DNA of 63,973 bases, the filler included, from Octopus bimaculoides (Eukaryota), in assembly GCF_001194135.2 (NCBI RefSeq). It is 6 parts of 6 records of this genome, joined end to end, with 100 filler letters (N's around TTAATTAATTAA, not from the genome) between each part and the next. Parts side by side here need not be neighbours in the genome. Positions count along the whole stretch, not along the records: positions 1 to 19,494 come from NC_068981.1; positions 19,595 to 23,338 come from NC_069004.1; positions 23,439 to 25,535 come from NC_068992.1; 3 more parts are not named here. One strand, written 5' to 3'. Both the position numbers and the translations under genes were made by a program. Shown here piece after piece: positions 12,301 to 25,420 of the stretch. The notes below the pieces were generated by a model. The model did not search any database. It was not told where the DNA came from and saw nothing but the letters and a program-made list of their open reading frames with translations. The first letter of the stretch is position 1. Each line of letters starts with the position of its first letter.

Positions 12301-13599
12301 ATAGAAATGGCCAAGGATGATAATTTGGCCTGGCTTACTGAAAAAATTGTTCAGCTACTCTCCCAGGTGATACTATGAGATATGGGAAAACGTTTTTCAT
12401 TTTCTTCAGTTCCAACGATTTAAAAATCTAGTTATTTAATTTTCAACGAGATAAGGTTGATGCCATATGTACCGAGAATTCCGCTTTGGAACAGGCAATC
12501 TTCTTTTAATATCACCCCTTATGCTACGTGATACGAATTAAATGCGATGCCACTGCGTGAGTATCTATTTGAAAATGCTAATATGTACGTCTTAACATAT
12601 TTTGTGATCTTCACATTAATATTAATATTTGCTCTCATTATTGCAATATGTTAATTATATTTTTCAGCATAATTTGATTTTCTTGCAGTATTACTGTAAA
12701 AATTATAACGCTTTTTATTTACATCAACATTGATGATGCGTATCAGAGCGCAATAAAGATTTGAATCAGCTTTGTGATAATACAACGTTTAGTCCAAGTC
12801 CTTTATCTTGCCGCTTGACTGTATTCATATGTTTTAGGTGACACATGTCATTTCATACATGTTGCTCACACAAGTATCCAATAATCAACGTAGAGGAACG
12901 AGAGGAACATGAAAGCAATTAAGAATCTATGAGCGGTATTTCAGAGTTGGGAATGTTCAGACATTCCTGATGAGTCAAACCATATTCATAATGCGCTATC
13001 GTGTGTATCAATGAACGCATAAATTGTAATGGCCGGAAGTTCAAGTTCTCGACTGGTACAGAGCGAAGAACACCTAGAAGACAAATAACTAATAATAGTA
13101 AATGTAGTAGTATACAACAGATATGATAATGGAGAATGGAGAGAAGACAGTTGACACAAATTACAAGCTCCATAATTTCGTTTTTATTCCAGTCCAAATT
13201 GAAGATCACAAAATTCCTGCAACATATTTTGAATATGTTGGATTTATTGCAATGTTAGAGAAACGCGAGGCGGCAATACTAGTCTACACGGAAGTGGAAG
13301 CAACCCAGGTTACTGGTGTACCAGAGGTTATTTGCATGAAGAAGGTTTATGACACCCACTATTTTTTATCGCAAATTCTGTGAGTTGACGTGAGTGGATG
13401 TAGAGAGAACAAATCCAAAATGTTATTTATATGATAAAGTAGTTTTCGAGTGAGCATTTCTCAGCACTTGTAAAGATGCGCATAGAATGCCGATTCCGAT
13501 CGCCGCTTTTCACTGTTGATAGAAGCTCACGGGCCACTGCAATTAGAAAAGCATTAGCAATTGCAGCAGCAAACAGAAACAATTTCTACTAAAATTATA

Positions 13600-13950
13600 C
13601 CAAGAACAAAAACTAATGCAGGAATTCCTAACAACAAGGAGATAAAGAATAGACGTTTGAAAGTAGTGACAGGGCATGAGTGGATCAGAAGAAAGAGCGA
13701 TTTAACCTCCTCTCCTGAAATGTGCATTGGCTGTATCAAAAACAGTGATGCTGAAAATAACTTTTGTTACAAGTCAATCAGGAAGCGAAATGAAATAACA
13801 AGCAAGAGACAACCATTACAATAGTATAAAATGGTCTATAATTAAAAGAACCACAGCAATAACATTAACAAGAGCAAATAGTATGGTCCAAAACTAAAAC
13901 AAATGCACAGAACGACGGCAGCAACCCAAAGACAAACAGAAATGGTGCTA
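13600..13950 (+). mobile_element. Decayed Penelope-like GIY-YIG fragment
   Basis: Peptides PEMCIGCIKN (cf. YIG) and IKWSIIKRTTA (near-exact PLE IKWSIIKxAxxY motif). Confidence 0.5.
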
Positions 13951-14349
13951 AATGAAACCGAGCTACACGTTAATTCGACAATAACAGAAAAACAAACATA
14001 GCTTAAAGGAAAAATGCACATACTTATCAGTAACGATCAGTGAGGAAAACACAATTCACAAAGGAACATATTTAGTGAATTATGCCTGTGAATTTGAGAT
14101 CATTCGCTCAGAAAATATCTGCGGTAAAGCAAACTCTTTGATGAGTATAAAAATCAAAAACCCTCAAAGAGTATAGTTGTGAGCACTACAGTAAGACTGT
14201 CTATAACTCTAAAGAATGTTTTCCCCGTGGTGCAGGGGCTTTAAATATATCGCAGATAAGAAGAATTGCTGCTAATCAAAGAAAGTAAAACTACACTTTT
14301 CAGTTTCTTCTCATCCTGCTTACTGCAAGATATGATTGTTAGAATACAT

Positions 14350-15150
14350 GCAAATTAGTGTCGACTATTTAACACACTTTGCAACGTTCAGATTTGGTGA
14401 ACGTCCTCCAAGCCAGAATCTCCGCGATGCACTCTTTTATTCTCCTTCTGGCTTCAACTTTGTGGTTTAACCTCTTCCGGAGGCCTTTCATCAAGTAGCA
14501 GTGTTCTTTGGACATGGGAATAATTCAGGACAGCCCGAGCTATCTATCCTAGAATATTATTCAAGACGGGCATCATGGGTAATTTCCAAATGTTCCTTGA
14601 ATGACAGTACTGCAAGGACACATTGCCTGTTCGGAAGGTTGCTAGCAGAAGAAAAAATGCCTCCTTCGCTTCTCTGCTAGTGTTGTTAAGTCTTCTCAGA
14701 CACGGACCGTAAACAGTCTCTTCTCTCTATTGTTTTATGCATTCTGTAGATCTACAAGCGTTTCCTAGCGGTATTAAGCCCCTGTCTCCTGTGTTTGTTG
14801 AAAACGACTCTATCATAATAATATGTACATACTGAATGTGGTTATTATTTTCCGTGATTTCCTACGAAATTTTGATCGTTCAGTTAGTGACCAGTTAAGA
14901 ATTCTGAAAAATACCTCAAACCACTTTTTTATTGCAGTCTTTCAGTTGTTTTTTGTAATGTTCTCTCCTGATGCGTATGTGTGCTGTACGTTGTCTAGTT
15001 GATAAATTATAAATTGCTGCCTTGATTTTGGTATAATTTTATTTCTTCGTGTAACGTGATATTAGTATATTTATTAGCTTCTTAATTTTCATGGTTGGCT
15101 TGGAGAATTGTGTACACTTGAAGAATTATATATACTCGGTTCTACCACAG
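14350..15150 (-). mobile_element. Possible RTE-type LINE 3' relic
   Basis: Minus-strand peptide NREKRLF..LTTLAEKRRRHFFFC resembles RTE NxELY..LSEKIRRRRLxFAGHC; multiple stops. Confidence 0.3.
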
Positions 15151-16049
15151 GAGCTTATAAGAGATCTGAATCGCAGAAAGAAAGCAAAGCTGAACATTTC
15201 AAAATGAACTGGGAACAGTAATGTAATATTAGATAAATAAACAAGGACAACAGATTTAGTCAAAGCTTAAGCTCATAAATATCTACGAAGCATTCTTAGA
15301 TTACACTCCAAATGTCGAAAAGCTTTGTAATGGCCTCAGTGTTTAAAGAAGCTCGTAAAACGATACATTTTGGCTATTCCTGGAACGACTACCGATTAGA
15401 AATTTTTTTTTACCTATTTTTTTACAACAATGAGAACAATGCCAATGGACACAGCATTACAACCGCTCCATTATAATTCAAGTTTCCATCGTGTAGCAAT
15501 GTGTTTTTTCATGATTCTTATATTACGTTACCCTCGTATATCTAAGCATAATGTGATTATATTCTTTCAAAGTATTTCCCTAGATATAAGATATTTTCAT
15601 CCTAGGATTAGTGACTGGCATATTGCGGAAATTTATAATGGTGCTTGATACTCATGACATTTACGTTCTCATAAAACTAGACATACGCAGTGATAAAAGT
15701 TACATTCTCTTTGTAAGCAGAGCCACTATAATTACAAGTGTGTATTTAGGGATTCGAATTTATAATGATATCTTTGTACAGCAAATATTATACTTTTCAT
15801 ATAGAAGCAGTGTTCTTAACAAGCAAATTATAGTTCAGAGCTGATTCTTTTATTTTAGTGTTAAAGGAATATCAGCACGATAGGTGCACTAAGTCTGAAT
15901 TCCACTCTCGTGAGGCAGAAAATGTTTGTAAGCATGACTACAATGTTATCGAAAATGAGAATATAACATGCATAATAAAGCAGGTGAAATTTAAAGAAAG
16001 TAATCCTGAAATTTGGAAGGACCTCATTTTCGGAGAACCACTTTGTTGA

Positions 16050-17150
16050 TCATGTTTAACCCATGTCCTAGTTAAGTACTTACCTGGCACAAGTGTTAAC
16101 CATTGTTATGAAGGTTGTTCTCCCAAAGTGAGGTGTTTCCATTGAACAAATCTTAAAATTCATTGACTATTATACAGTTGACTCATAAATTGTTTGGGAT
16201 TCCAAAGCTAATAAGGCCCTATATGAGAGGAGATTTATTACGAGTACCAGTAGGTGTATCAATACACTGCTGTCTGTATTAGTAATGTAAGAAGTGTTCA
16301 TGCTTCCCACGCTTTACCATTATCGATATTCAATGGTAGTGTCTAGGTGTTGAAGTATAATGTTATGCAGAAGACAGCTAGTTTATATGGTGTTTAATAT
16401 TGGTGTGCTTGTTTATTTGTGAGTGTTGTGAATAATGCATTGAATGTTGTTATTACGGCTGCGGGAACAATTGAAAAGGATTTTGTTTTATACTCTGTTT
16501 CTGTAGGTTTCTCTATTTGTTATTCCTTTGAATTACGTTAGTTCGTTTCATGTTTCTTTTGTTTTAATCATGATTCGACGATCGTTACGTGGAAGCGTTT
16601 ATTGGCTCATATTCTTTAACAGTTCTGTATGCTAACAATTCTAAGGTGATTAATCATTAGGTTATTACTTTTTCTTTTCCATTTTATGTCCTTGTAACCA
16701 ATGTTTTCTTTTTCATTTACTACATTGTGTGCGTTTGTTCGTTTTAGCCTCAGTGTCTTTAATGTGTGTACTTTTCCATGTGACAAAGTACATTCAGATC
16801 ATATTTTTCTGTTTTCTATATGCTATGTTTTAATTTCGAGATTTGGTAGCTATACACATTAGATGATTTATGCCAGTACTTGTATTTAGGATTTGTAATC
16901 ATACAGTCCAAATAATGAACATATTGCTCTTATATTTGGCTCCTGCTACTCGCAATGTTATGGTAAAGCTGTTATTATATGTTTCTGACGCTTTTAAAAT
17001 TGCCTGATTGAAAGGTGCTGACTTGGTGTCAAAATTATTATGATATCCATGAAGCAGCTCCTGATGAGTAGATGAAGGATGATGTGCTTATCTATTAGTA
17101 CGTGTTTTACTGACTATGATACTTTTGCATCTGCTTCTCTCATTGTTTCG
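16050..17150 (-). mobile_element. Decayed Penelope-like element
   Basis: KRKSNNLMINH (cf. KRKRNIIWFNPP), SCLLHNII(Y)Q, SVGSMNTS, SSHI and HLCQ occur in PLE order on the minus strand. Confidence 0.5.
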
Positions 17151-17244
17151 TAGCTGATCTTGAAGAGTAGATCAATAAAGGAATATAATTTTGTAGGGAG
17201 TTTATAGTTCATGGATTATATGTAACACATACACATACTTATAT

Positions 17245-17530
17245 GGGAAAGTGTCTTCTACTATAGCCTCGGGCCGACCAAAGTTTGTTAGTGGTTTTGG
17301 TAGACGGAAACTGAAAGAAGCCTGTCTATATTTGTGTGTCTGTGTTTGTCCACCTACCATTGCTTGACATCCGATGTTGGTGTGCTTACGTCCCCGTAAC
17401 TTAGCAGTTCGGCAAAACAGAGCGATATAACACATACTAGGTTTACAAAGAATAATTCGATTTGGTCGACTAAATGCGGTGCTCCAGCATGGCCGCAGTC
17501 AAATGACTCAAACAAGTAAAAGAATAAAAG
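17245..17530 (+). mobile_element. Family-B tRNA-derived SINE, 5'-truncated
   Basis: aagtgtcttctactatagcctcgggccgaccaaag..gtagacggaaactgaaagaagcc..gcggtgctccagcatggccgcagtcaaatgact; matches the copy at 32432. Confidence 0.9.
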
Positions 17531-17699
17531 AATTTGAAAAATGTATATATATATATACAGATATATATATAATCTTCTATCCTTTACTTTTTTGAGTCAC
17601 TAGACTGCGGCCATGCTGGTGCACAGCACTGAATTTTTAGTCGAATGTACTGAGCTCAGTAGTTCTTCTGATTTCAGGAAGTGGTACTTATTCTATCAG

Positions 17700-18420
17700 T
17701 TTCTTTTGTTGAACCCCTCAGTTACGAAGACGGAAACACACCAGCACCGGTTGTCAGACGGTGGTTGGGGACAAACACAGACACAAAGTCACATAGAGAA
17801 CAACAAAGGGGATACCTCTGGACACAATACTAATCGTACTATAGAACCCAACAATACCACCCGCAACTCCTTAACAAATACTAATCTCAGCACCAGCAAT
17901 AGTAACGAACCGAACACTGATTGTTCACCAAATACCAATCCCCTTACAAGTTCATCCGGTGTACCCCCTACAAACCTATGCACATGCAGACCCCTCCTGT
18001 CCTTTAGATAACAGCTGTCTCACAAATAAACATAGTTTATAAGTGCACGGTATCAACCGCCAAAATGTAACTAAATTTATATCAGCTCATGTAGTACCAC
18101 CTTCAAAGTTAGAATGAATAACCACTCTGGCAGCTTCAAGTCCCAGACAAAATCAAACAGTACTTCGTTATCTCAACTTATTAGTGAACTAACGCTTGAT
18201 TCTACTCTTCACATTCTCAAGCGGTCCATAGTCACCCACACCAAGCCTTACAGCAGCTATAATAACAAGTGTGATCTCTGCATAGCCAAGGTCTTAGCTA
18301 TTTTGCAATTCACAGATTGTCTCAATGCACACAACAGTATAATATTCACCGGCAAACATCGGTCACTATATCTATTATCAAAATACGAATGGTTACAACC
18401 CCACCCCGCTCTTTTCTCCC
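17700..18420 (+). mobile_element. Penelope-like element 3' part (GIY-YIG endonuclease relic)
   Basis: IVYKCTVS, CSTTFKVRMNNHSGSFK and KRSIVTHTKPYSSYNNKCDLCIAKVLAIL..GKHRSLYLLSKY (ORF 18114-18608) match the PLE C-terminus FKxRxNNH..PY...CxLC..CRH..YLL. Confidence 0.8.
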
Positions 18421-19439
18421 CCTTAACCTTCATGTATTTTCTCTCGTATCTACCCTCACTACGACTATGTATTAAACCAACAATATTTCTGCCCTTTAAT
18501 TATTTATTGTCAATTACAAATCTCTCACCCTATTTTTCTTTACCATCTAAAAAAAAAAGTATTTCCTTTTATTTCAACTCCCCCTCCTTCCTACCCCTCC
18601 ATCCGTAAACTGAAAAGTATATACGCCTATATACACCTCCATCACTACATACTGTGTTTTGTTTTACATATATAATACCACTCCCTTGCTAATTTCTGTG
18701 AATCAGCCAAAAAAGCTCTTTCAATATCAATAGTCAAATAACTGTGCTTAAAACCCTCACTGCTTTATGCAAATACACTTTCCTTCACCCCCACGACGAA
18801 ATATATTTCCCACCCCCTCCAAATTATTTTTACTTCAAATACTAAATTCCCTTACTGAATTCTATGATTCAGCCAAAACAACTCTATTATTTACTACTAG
18901 TCAACTGACCTTGCTCATATTCCTCGTTCCTCTCACTCCCTTACGTTTTTTTCTTTTCTTCTAATACTTATTTCTCCTTATGTTTATATATTCCTCTCAT
19001 ACAGTGCTCTCTACACATTCTAATTGAATCTTTCTTGTGTCAACATGTACCTCCTTGCGACAATGTAGCTTTAATCTAATTAACATATCTTTGGCCTCAA
19101 GAGTATCCGGCAGTATACACCTTACTTGGATTTTATCACTTCTGAGGTTCCGCTCTCTATGAAATATATGTAACCCGGATCTGTCCAGCTCCATTACGTA
19201 ACTTTTGCATTCTTATTTGCACACCCAGCAACTCTGGCCCATAATGTGGAATATAAAAATGAATTTTTTCAGCTTATCTTTCCTTGATATGAAAAAAGAA
19301 TTCACAATCTTCCATCTCAACAAAACATTATTGTCCCAGAAAGTTGTTTTCTTAGATTTACTTCACATTGCTTGAAGCTAACTTTCGTCCTACACCTCGA
19401 TCCCTAGATCTTACATGAGCACGCACGCACACACACACG

Positions 19440-19492
<53 letters not shown>

Positions 19493-19494
19493 AC

Positions 19495-19594
19495 NNNNNN
19501 NNNNNNNNNNNNNNNNNNNNNNNNNNNNNNNNNNNNNNTTAATTAATTAANNNNNNNNNNNNNNNNNNNNNNNNNNNNNNNNNNNNNNNNNNNN
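19495..19594. other. Assembly spacer 44N-TTAATTAATTAA-44N; the same linker occurs at 23383, 25580, 43244 and 62910
   Basis: Identical 12-mer, giving stops in all six frames, at the centre of ~100-nt gaps; technical rather than biological. Confidence 0.95.
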
Positions 19595-19997
19595 GTAGAT
19601 ACATATACGTGGATAAATACATACACACTTATATACATAGAAACACACACACATATACACGCACACCTTCATACATAGATATGCACATACATACATACAT
19701 ATACATACATACACACAAATACATACATACACACACATACATACATACATACATACATACATACATACACACATACATACATACATACATACATACAGGG
19801 TGCTTCTTACTCACGCACCGTTGTGGAGGTCACCTAACGATCTTGGTGCCGACTCTCTTATCTGTGAGTTCGATTTCGGCAGAGGTTATCTTTGCATCAC
19901 AACTTTTCGGAATCGACCGAAATCACGAATGGAGGGCAAGGAATTTGTGGAATGGTTACAGGAAGGCGTTGTGCTTGGTGACTTGCTGTATTTGATA

Positions 19998-20493
19998 GGT
20001 CGTATCTTGAAAATTGTTCGAATACAATTATTCGAAAAACAGTTATTCGAAATAAATATATTTTGTGTACTTGATTTTTAATTTTATCATTTTTTGTTTC
20101 GACAGCTAGCAAGCCATGCTACTCCAGACTGATGATGAGCAATGAATCTGAAACTAGTCTCTGGATGCTGGCTTTGCTGGGTGGAGCTGCTTGTTTCCAC
20201 TTTGAAAACATAACGACACAGGAAATGTGTCAAGTCCAACAGGAAACGGTGTTTCTTAGGGTTAAATAACAGTAGCATTCTTCCCTTTTATGGGACTGTC
20301 GCATTAAGTTGACAACATACTATCACTTTATCGTGCTGCAATTGCATAAATCTCTCTGAGAGATTTGGAAATATATTATTCCAATTAACACTTCATATAA
20401 TTGTCCTTTTGAATAATTTTCATTCATACAATTTTCCATTCGAATAAATGTTTTTCGAATAACTGTTTTCGAACAACGTTCACATAATCGTCG
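19998..20493. mobile_element. Foldback/MITE-like element with TTCGAA-rich subterminal inverted arms
   Basis: Left ttgttcgaatacaattattcgaaaaacagttattcgaa (20013-20055) vs reverse complement of right arm ttgttcgaaaacagttattcgaaaaacatttattcgaa (20439-20477); exact ends and TSD unresolved. Confidence 0.65.
20123..20165 (+). ncRNA. Minimal Type I hammerhead ribozyme motif (10.1/11.1 pair non-canonical)
   Basis: uccaga CUGAUGA U-GA-gcaaugaa-UC-U GAAAC UA GUC / ucugga: perfect 6-bp stem I, palindromic ACUAGU stem III, GUC triplet. Confidence 0.65.
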
Positions 20494-20947
20494 GCGTAAA
20501 TAAATATATCTTGGTGGGTAACTGGTTAAAGAATTTCCCCGACCCCTGAGTTATGGCTAACCTCCACAGAGACACCATTCCTGGCTCGGGTCCCGACGTT
20601 GATATTTCGTAATTGCTTACGCCCAATTCCACTCTCATCAGTAAATTTATAATCTAACCGTCTCAGCCGTGACCATCCCATCTTATTGTCAAGCTGTATC
20701 CGGAAGCATTGTCCAAATTATCCAAACTGTGTCCTTCTCTTTTGAAGACGGTTGCGTGTAGACAGAAAGGAACTTGGCTGCTTTTTCTAGCAGGTTTAAA
20801 GACCACGTAAAAGTTCTTCAGTTTGGTGCTTCTAGTTTCTTTGTTGCTTTTATTGTTCGTGTTGTTGTTGCTGTTATTGTGCTTGTTGACGTAATTGAAA
20901 ACTTTTAAATCGATATGCAGTTCTTTCCTTCAATTCTATAGCTACCA

Positions 20948-21265
20948 TTGGTGGTGGTGGTGGTGGCTGTAGTAGAAGTGGTAGCTGTGGTGGTGGTTGG
21001 TGGCAGTGGTAGTGGTGGTAGTGGTGGTGGTGGTGGTGGTTGTGGTGTGGTGGTGGTGTTGCTAATGATGGTGGTTATAGTAGAAGTGGTGGTTGTGGTT
21101 GTGGTGGTGGTTGTAATAGAAGAGGTGGTGTTCGTGGTGATGGTGGTAGTGGTGGTTGTGGTGTGGTGGCAGTGTTGCTAACGGTGGTGGTTATAGTAGA
21201 AGTAGTGGTTGTCGTGATGGTGGTTGTGGTAGTAGTCGAGGTGGTGTTGCTAAAGATATTGGTTC

Positions 21266-21303
<38 letters not shown>

Positions 21304-21360
21304 ATGATGGTAGTAGTAGTAGTAGTGATGGTGGTAGTAGTAGTAGCAGCAGCAGCAGCA
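20948..21360. repeat. Compound (GGT)n/(AGT)n/(AGC)n microsatellite with a ~115-bp higher-order duplication
   Basis: ggttgtggtgtggtgg..gtgttgctaa..gtggttatagtagaagt recurs at ~21038 and ~21153. Confidence 0.85.
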
Positions 21361-21627
21361 TGAGGACCCTGGATGTTCCAACGGTAATTTCAAACTGCAG
21401 CTGCTCCTGTTTAGCCAGAGGTGCACCTCAGATGCAGTCTGCTGCACAGAAACCTCGCTAGAAACAATAGCCTGCTGCTTTATATGCAATGTTGCACTAA
21501 ATTGCAATTAATTATTTCATCGAAGATGAAGTGACTGTCTGCACCGCGATGACCACCACCACCGATTGCACCCCCCCCCACGCCACCGACTTGTAGTTTC
21601 AATCACCAAACACTGCGCTTTTGTCGA

Positions 21628-21661
<34 letters not shown>

Positions 21662-22941
21662 NNNNNNNNNNNNNNNNNNNNNNNNNNNNNNNNNNNNNNN
21701 NNNNNNNNNNNNNNNNNNNNNNNNNNNNNNNNNNNNNNNNNNNNNNNNNNNNNNNNNNNNNNNNNNNNNNNNNNNNNNNNNNNNNNNNNNNNNNNNNNNN
21801 NNNNNNNNNNNNNNNNNNNNNNNNNNNNNNNNNNNNNNNNNNNNNNNNNNNNNNNNNNNNNNNNNNNNNNNNNNNNNNNNNNNNNNNNNNNNNNNNNNNN
21901 NNNNNNNNNNNNNNNNNNNNNNNNNNNNNNNNNNNNNNNNNNNNNNNNNNNNNNNNNNNNNNNNNNNNNNNNNNNNNNNNNNNNNNNNNNNNNNNNNNNN
22001 NNNNNNNNNNNNNNNNNNNNNNNNNNNNNNNNNNNNNNNNNNNNNNNNNNNNNNNNNNNNNNNNNNNNNNNNNNNNNNNNNNNNNNNNNNNNNNNNNNNN
22101 NNNNNNNNNNNNNNNNNNNNNNNNNNNNNNNNNNNNNNNNNNNNNNNNNNNNNNNNNNNNNNNNNNNNNNNNNNNNNNNNNNNNNNNNNNNNNNNNNNNN
22201 NNNNNNNNNNNNNNNNNNNNNNNNNNNNNNNNNNNNNNNNNNNNNNNNNNNNNNNNNNNNNNNNNNNNNNNNNNNNNNNNNNNNNNNNNNNNNNNNNNNN
22301 NNNNNNNNNNNNNNNNNNNNNNNNNNNNNNNNNNNNNNNNNNNNNNNNNNNNNNNNNNNNNNNNNNNNNNNNNNNNNNNNNNNNNNNNNNNNNNNNNNNN
22401 NNNNNNNNNNNNNNNNNNNNNNNNNNNNNNNNNNNNNNNNNNNNNNNNNNNNNNNNNNNNNNNNNNNNNNNNNNNNNNNNNNNNNNNNNATATATATATA
22501 TATATATACATACATATATATTATGTATGTTCAATTTAACATTTACTTCTGATGATTTACCGATTAATTAATTTCATTTCCTGATTTATTTTACTTTTAT
22601 TAATTTTATGGCTGTTTACATTTTTTATTTTTATTTATTTACTTAAATCATTTATATATTTGTAACTTTTTTCTATTAAATTGTTCTTTTTTTTTTTTAA
22701 TTAAAAAGATACGTCGAACATAAATAATGTGCATCTGGTTCACACATCTTCAGGCAGTGAACACACCTAAACGCACAGACACACGCACACACGCACACAC
22801 ACACATACACACGCACACACGCACAAACCAACATCCACATTGGTGCATTCACACTCGTGTATATACACATGTATGCACACAGTTGCATACATGCACCTAT
22901 ATACAGACACAAATACATCTATCTATCTATCTATCTATCTA

Positions 22942-22982
<41 letters not shown>

Positions 22983-23438
22983 ATATGTATACATATATGT
23001 TTATGTACATATATATATAAATATACGGAACTTTTTTTCATACGGGACTATTTGTGACGCACATGGAATAGATTTCTTTGAGGTGAGGTGCCTGAACTCG
23101 CTAGCCGATGAATTCGTAAGTGCCTTTCTTATCGTTGATTTTTGGTGTCGCATGGCCAAAGATTACCGTGAATTTTTTTAGAGACACTTTCAAATTTATC
23201 AGAATATTGAGGCTGAAGATTGGAATAGTGAAATTTCCATTCACTTAACCATGAAACGATTCGTATCCAATTAACTAAAGGCTTGGCTTGTTTACGCTTT
23301 TCCCTCCGGTTTTTTGTTCCATGTGTGCCATAAATATCNNNNNNNNNNNNNNNNNNNNNNNNNNNNNNNNNNNNNNNNNNNNTTAATTAATTAANNNNNN
23401 NNNNNNNNNNNNNNNNNNNNNNNNNNNNNNNNNNNNNN

Positions 23439-23469
<31 letters not shown>

Positions 23470-23989
23470 GCATATCTTTGAGATACCATATCTATGAATT
23501 GTATTCGATTCTCTGCTATAGGTAATTTATCTGGAAAATAATAATTTCACATATACTTTTTTTCTCTCCGCTATATTACACGAACTTAATGCTAATTAGG
23601 CAATCAGCATAGGTAAAATTTCCAGACACACACACAAACACACATACGTGTATGTAGGTGTGTATGTATGTGTTTGTGTGTGAATGAAATGAAACTGAAT
23701 TAGAAAATAGGTGAGAAAAAGAACATACGTAATCACATATCGATCACACTGTTGTATGCACAGAAATGCATATGTATCTACACACACACACGCACACATA
23801 TATACATTTATACATACATACATACATACATACATACATACATACAAACATACATACATGCATACATACATACATACATACATACTTGCACGAATATACA
23901 GCATAAAAGGAATAAAAGAACTAAATGGTATTAAGTTTTTACCTTTGAAAGGCTTTGGAAGTTTCACCATATCTGGTTTTAGAATTGTT

Positions 23990-25300
23990 TAAAGAGCCAA
24001 AAGTCTTGAGACTTTTTCAGGTGAGACATTTATTAATTTCAAAGAGGCTCAACACTTTAATCTCCTTCAACATAGGAATCTCTGATTTCAATGCACTTAC
24101 TGTAGCACTCCCTCCACTTCGTGAAGTCTCCATGAAAATCCTTTCAAGTGAAGGTATCCAGGATCCTTGTCACAGCCTCCTTCATCTTCTCAGTATCTTC
24201 AAAACGACTGTCCCTGAGGTTGTACATTAGCTTGGAGAACAACCTAAAGATATAAGGAGCAAGGACTGAACTGTAGGTTATGTGAAGGGTGGTTTTATTG
24301 CCTATTGGTTACCCGGATGGAATTGTGTATAAATTGTCATAGCGCATGTATCACGACCCGAGTGGAAGAGCCCTGGCCTTTCGCGACGAAATCCTTTCCT
24401 GAGCTCTCTTAAAACCTCCAGAATGTACTTTGACCGCTTGTCCAGAGGAAATGCAGCGGATGTAGATGATGCCTTTGCTGTCGAAAAAGATCATCATGAG
24501 CTTCCCGGTGGACTCGCTTTGTCTGGCCTTCTTGGATCTGGGGGGACCAGGATGCTTCCATTGGGCACTCTGTCCATTGGCCTCTGGATCATAACAGTAG
24601 ATCCAGCTTTCGGTACAGGTCACCAGAGACGCAAATTCTCTTGGACTGAAGTAAATGAGCTCAACCATCTCCCTGCTATTACCAATGCATCTTTCCTCCT
24701 GTTCAGCACCCTCGGAACAAACTTTGCTCAAATTTTGCGCATGTCAAGATCCTTGTGAAGTTGCCATAACAATTTCAAACTGTTCGCTTCGTGTCTTAAT
24801 AGACACACGATGGTCTTCATCCAGAAAATCCTAAATTTTCTCAACCAGATCTGATGTTCTTTCGCCCACCCCTCTCCCTCCCACACATCTCATCGTCTCT
24901 CACCTTCTCTTCACCGTCCTTCCACCTCTTGCACCAGCAAAAAATAGATGCTCGGCTTATACAAGGTAACCCATTAGCAGTCTGAAGTATTTCATAAGAC
25001 TTTGTAACGTTTCGTGTTAAACTGGGCGTTGCCCAGTTTAACACGAAACTTTATTACTTAGCGAGCTTCCAAGTTTTCTTCACATCTTGACTGCATTTTG
25101 CAAACTAGTCAGCTGTGACAAATAACGTTCATTGGGGCGTGTTCAGAGTGCTGTTACAGTGGTCTCTTTCAACCTGGAATGAAAAAGATTGGCAGGTCAG
25201 CTTGCTCCATGTATAGTTAGGATATACTAAAATTACAATAATCTAGGACAGTTATAACTACCTCTACTGAAAAGTCACGAAACTTCTGGGATACACCTCG
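23990..25300 (-). mobile_element. Near full-length mariner transposon relic with a disrupted transposase (~25096-24057)
   Basis: Peptides KVRDDEMCGR, TESWIYCYDPE, MMIFFDSKGIIY, SVLAPYIFRLFSKL and RFEDTEKMKEAV..YVEGD*; TIR cgaggtgtatcccagaagtttcgtgactttt followed by TA at 25301-25302; degenerate partner ccaaaagtcttgagactttt at ~23997. Confidence 0.92.
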
Positions 25301-25371
25301 TATTACTAACACACGCACACACACACACGCACGTACATACGTGCATGCATGTATGTGTAACAAATATTTAT

Positions 25372-25419
<48 letters not shown>

Positions 25420-25420
<1 letters not shown>

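Noticed and set aside
12040-12378. 112-aa ORF resembling a TIR domain, or an AG..GT exon at 12201-12366
   Set aside because: No TIR box 1/2 motifs, weak donor (GTGATA), overlaps a PLE relic, and an ORF of this length is expected by chance in this much sequence
11550-12450. Class A GPCR-like motifs on the minus strand (KKMKNVFPYLIVS, WPFLCR, FTVVICW)
   Set aside because: Requires several frameshifts and stops, has no DRY or NPxxY, and the plus strand is explained by ordered PLE motifs
13100-14300. GPCR TM6/TM7-like text on the minus strand and ORF 13123-13383
   Set aside because: The plus strand carries the PLE motif IKWSIIKR; the ORF has no recognisable family and no credible splice context
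16330-16620. nAChR/chemotactile-receptor-like pre-TM1 motif (IMLCRRQLVYMVFNI)
   Set aside because: Riddled with stops, no Cys-loop or proper TM2, and antisense to a Penelope relic
19539-19550. Recurrent palindrome TTAATTAATTAA as a biological motif
   Set aside because: Always centred in ~100-nt N spacers; it is a scaffolding linker
21440-21490. TATA-like TATAAAG on the minus strand near a GC-richer patch
   Set aside because: No initiator, downstream exon or other support; such motifs are common in AT-rich DNA
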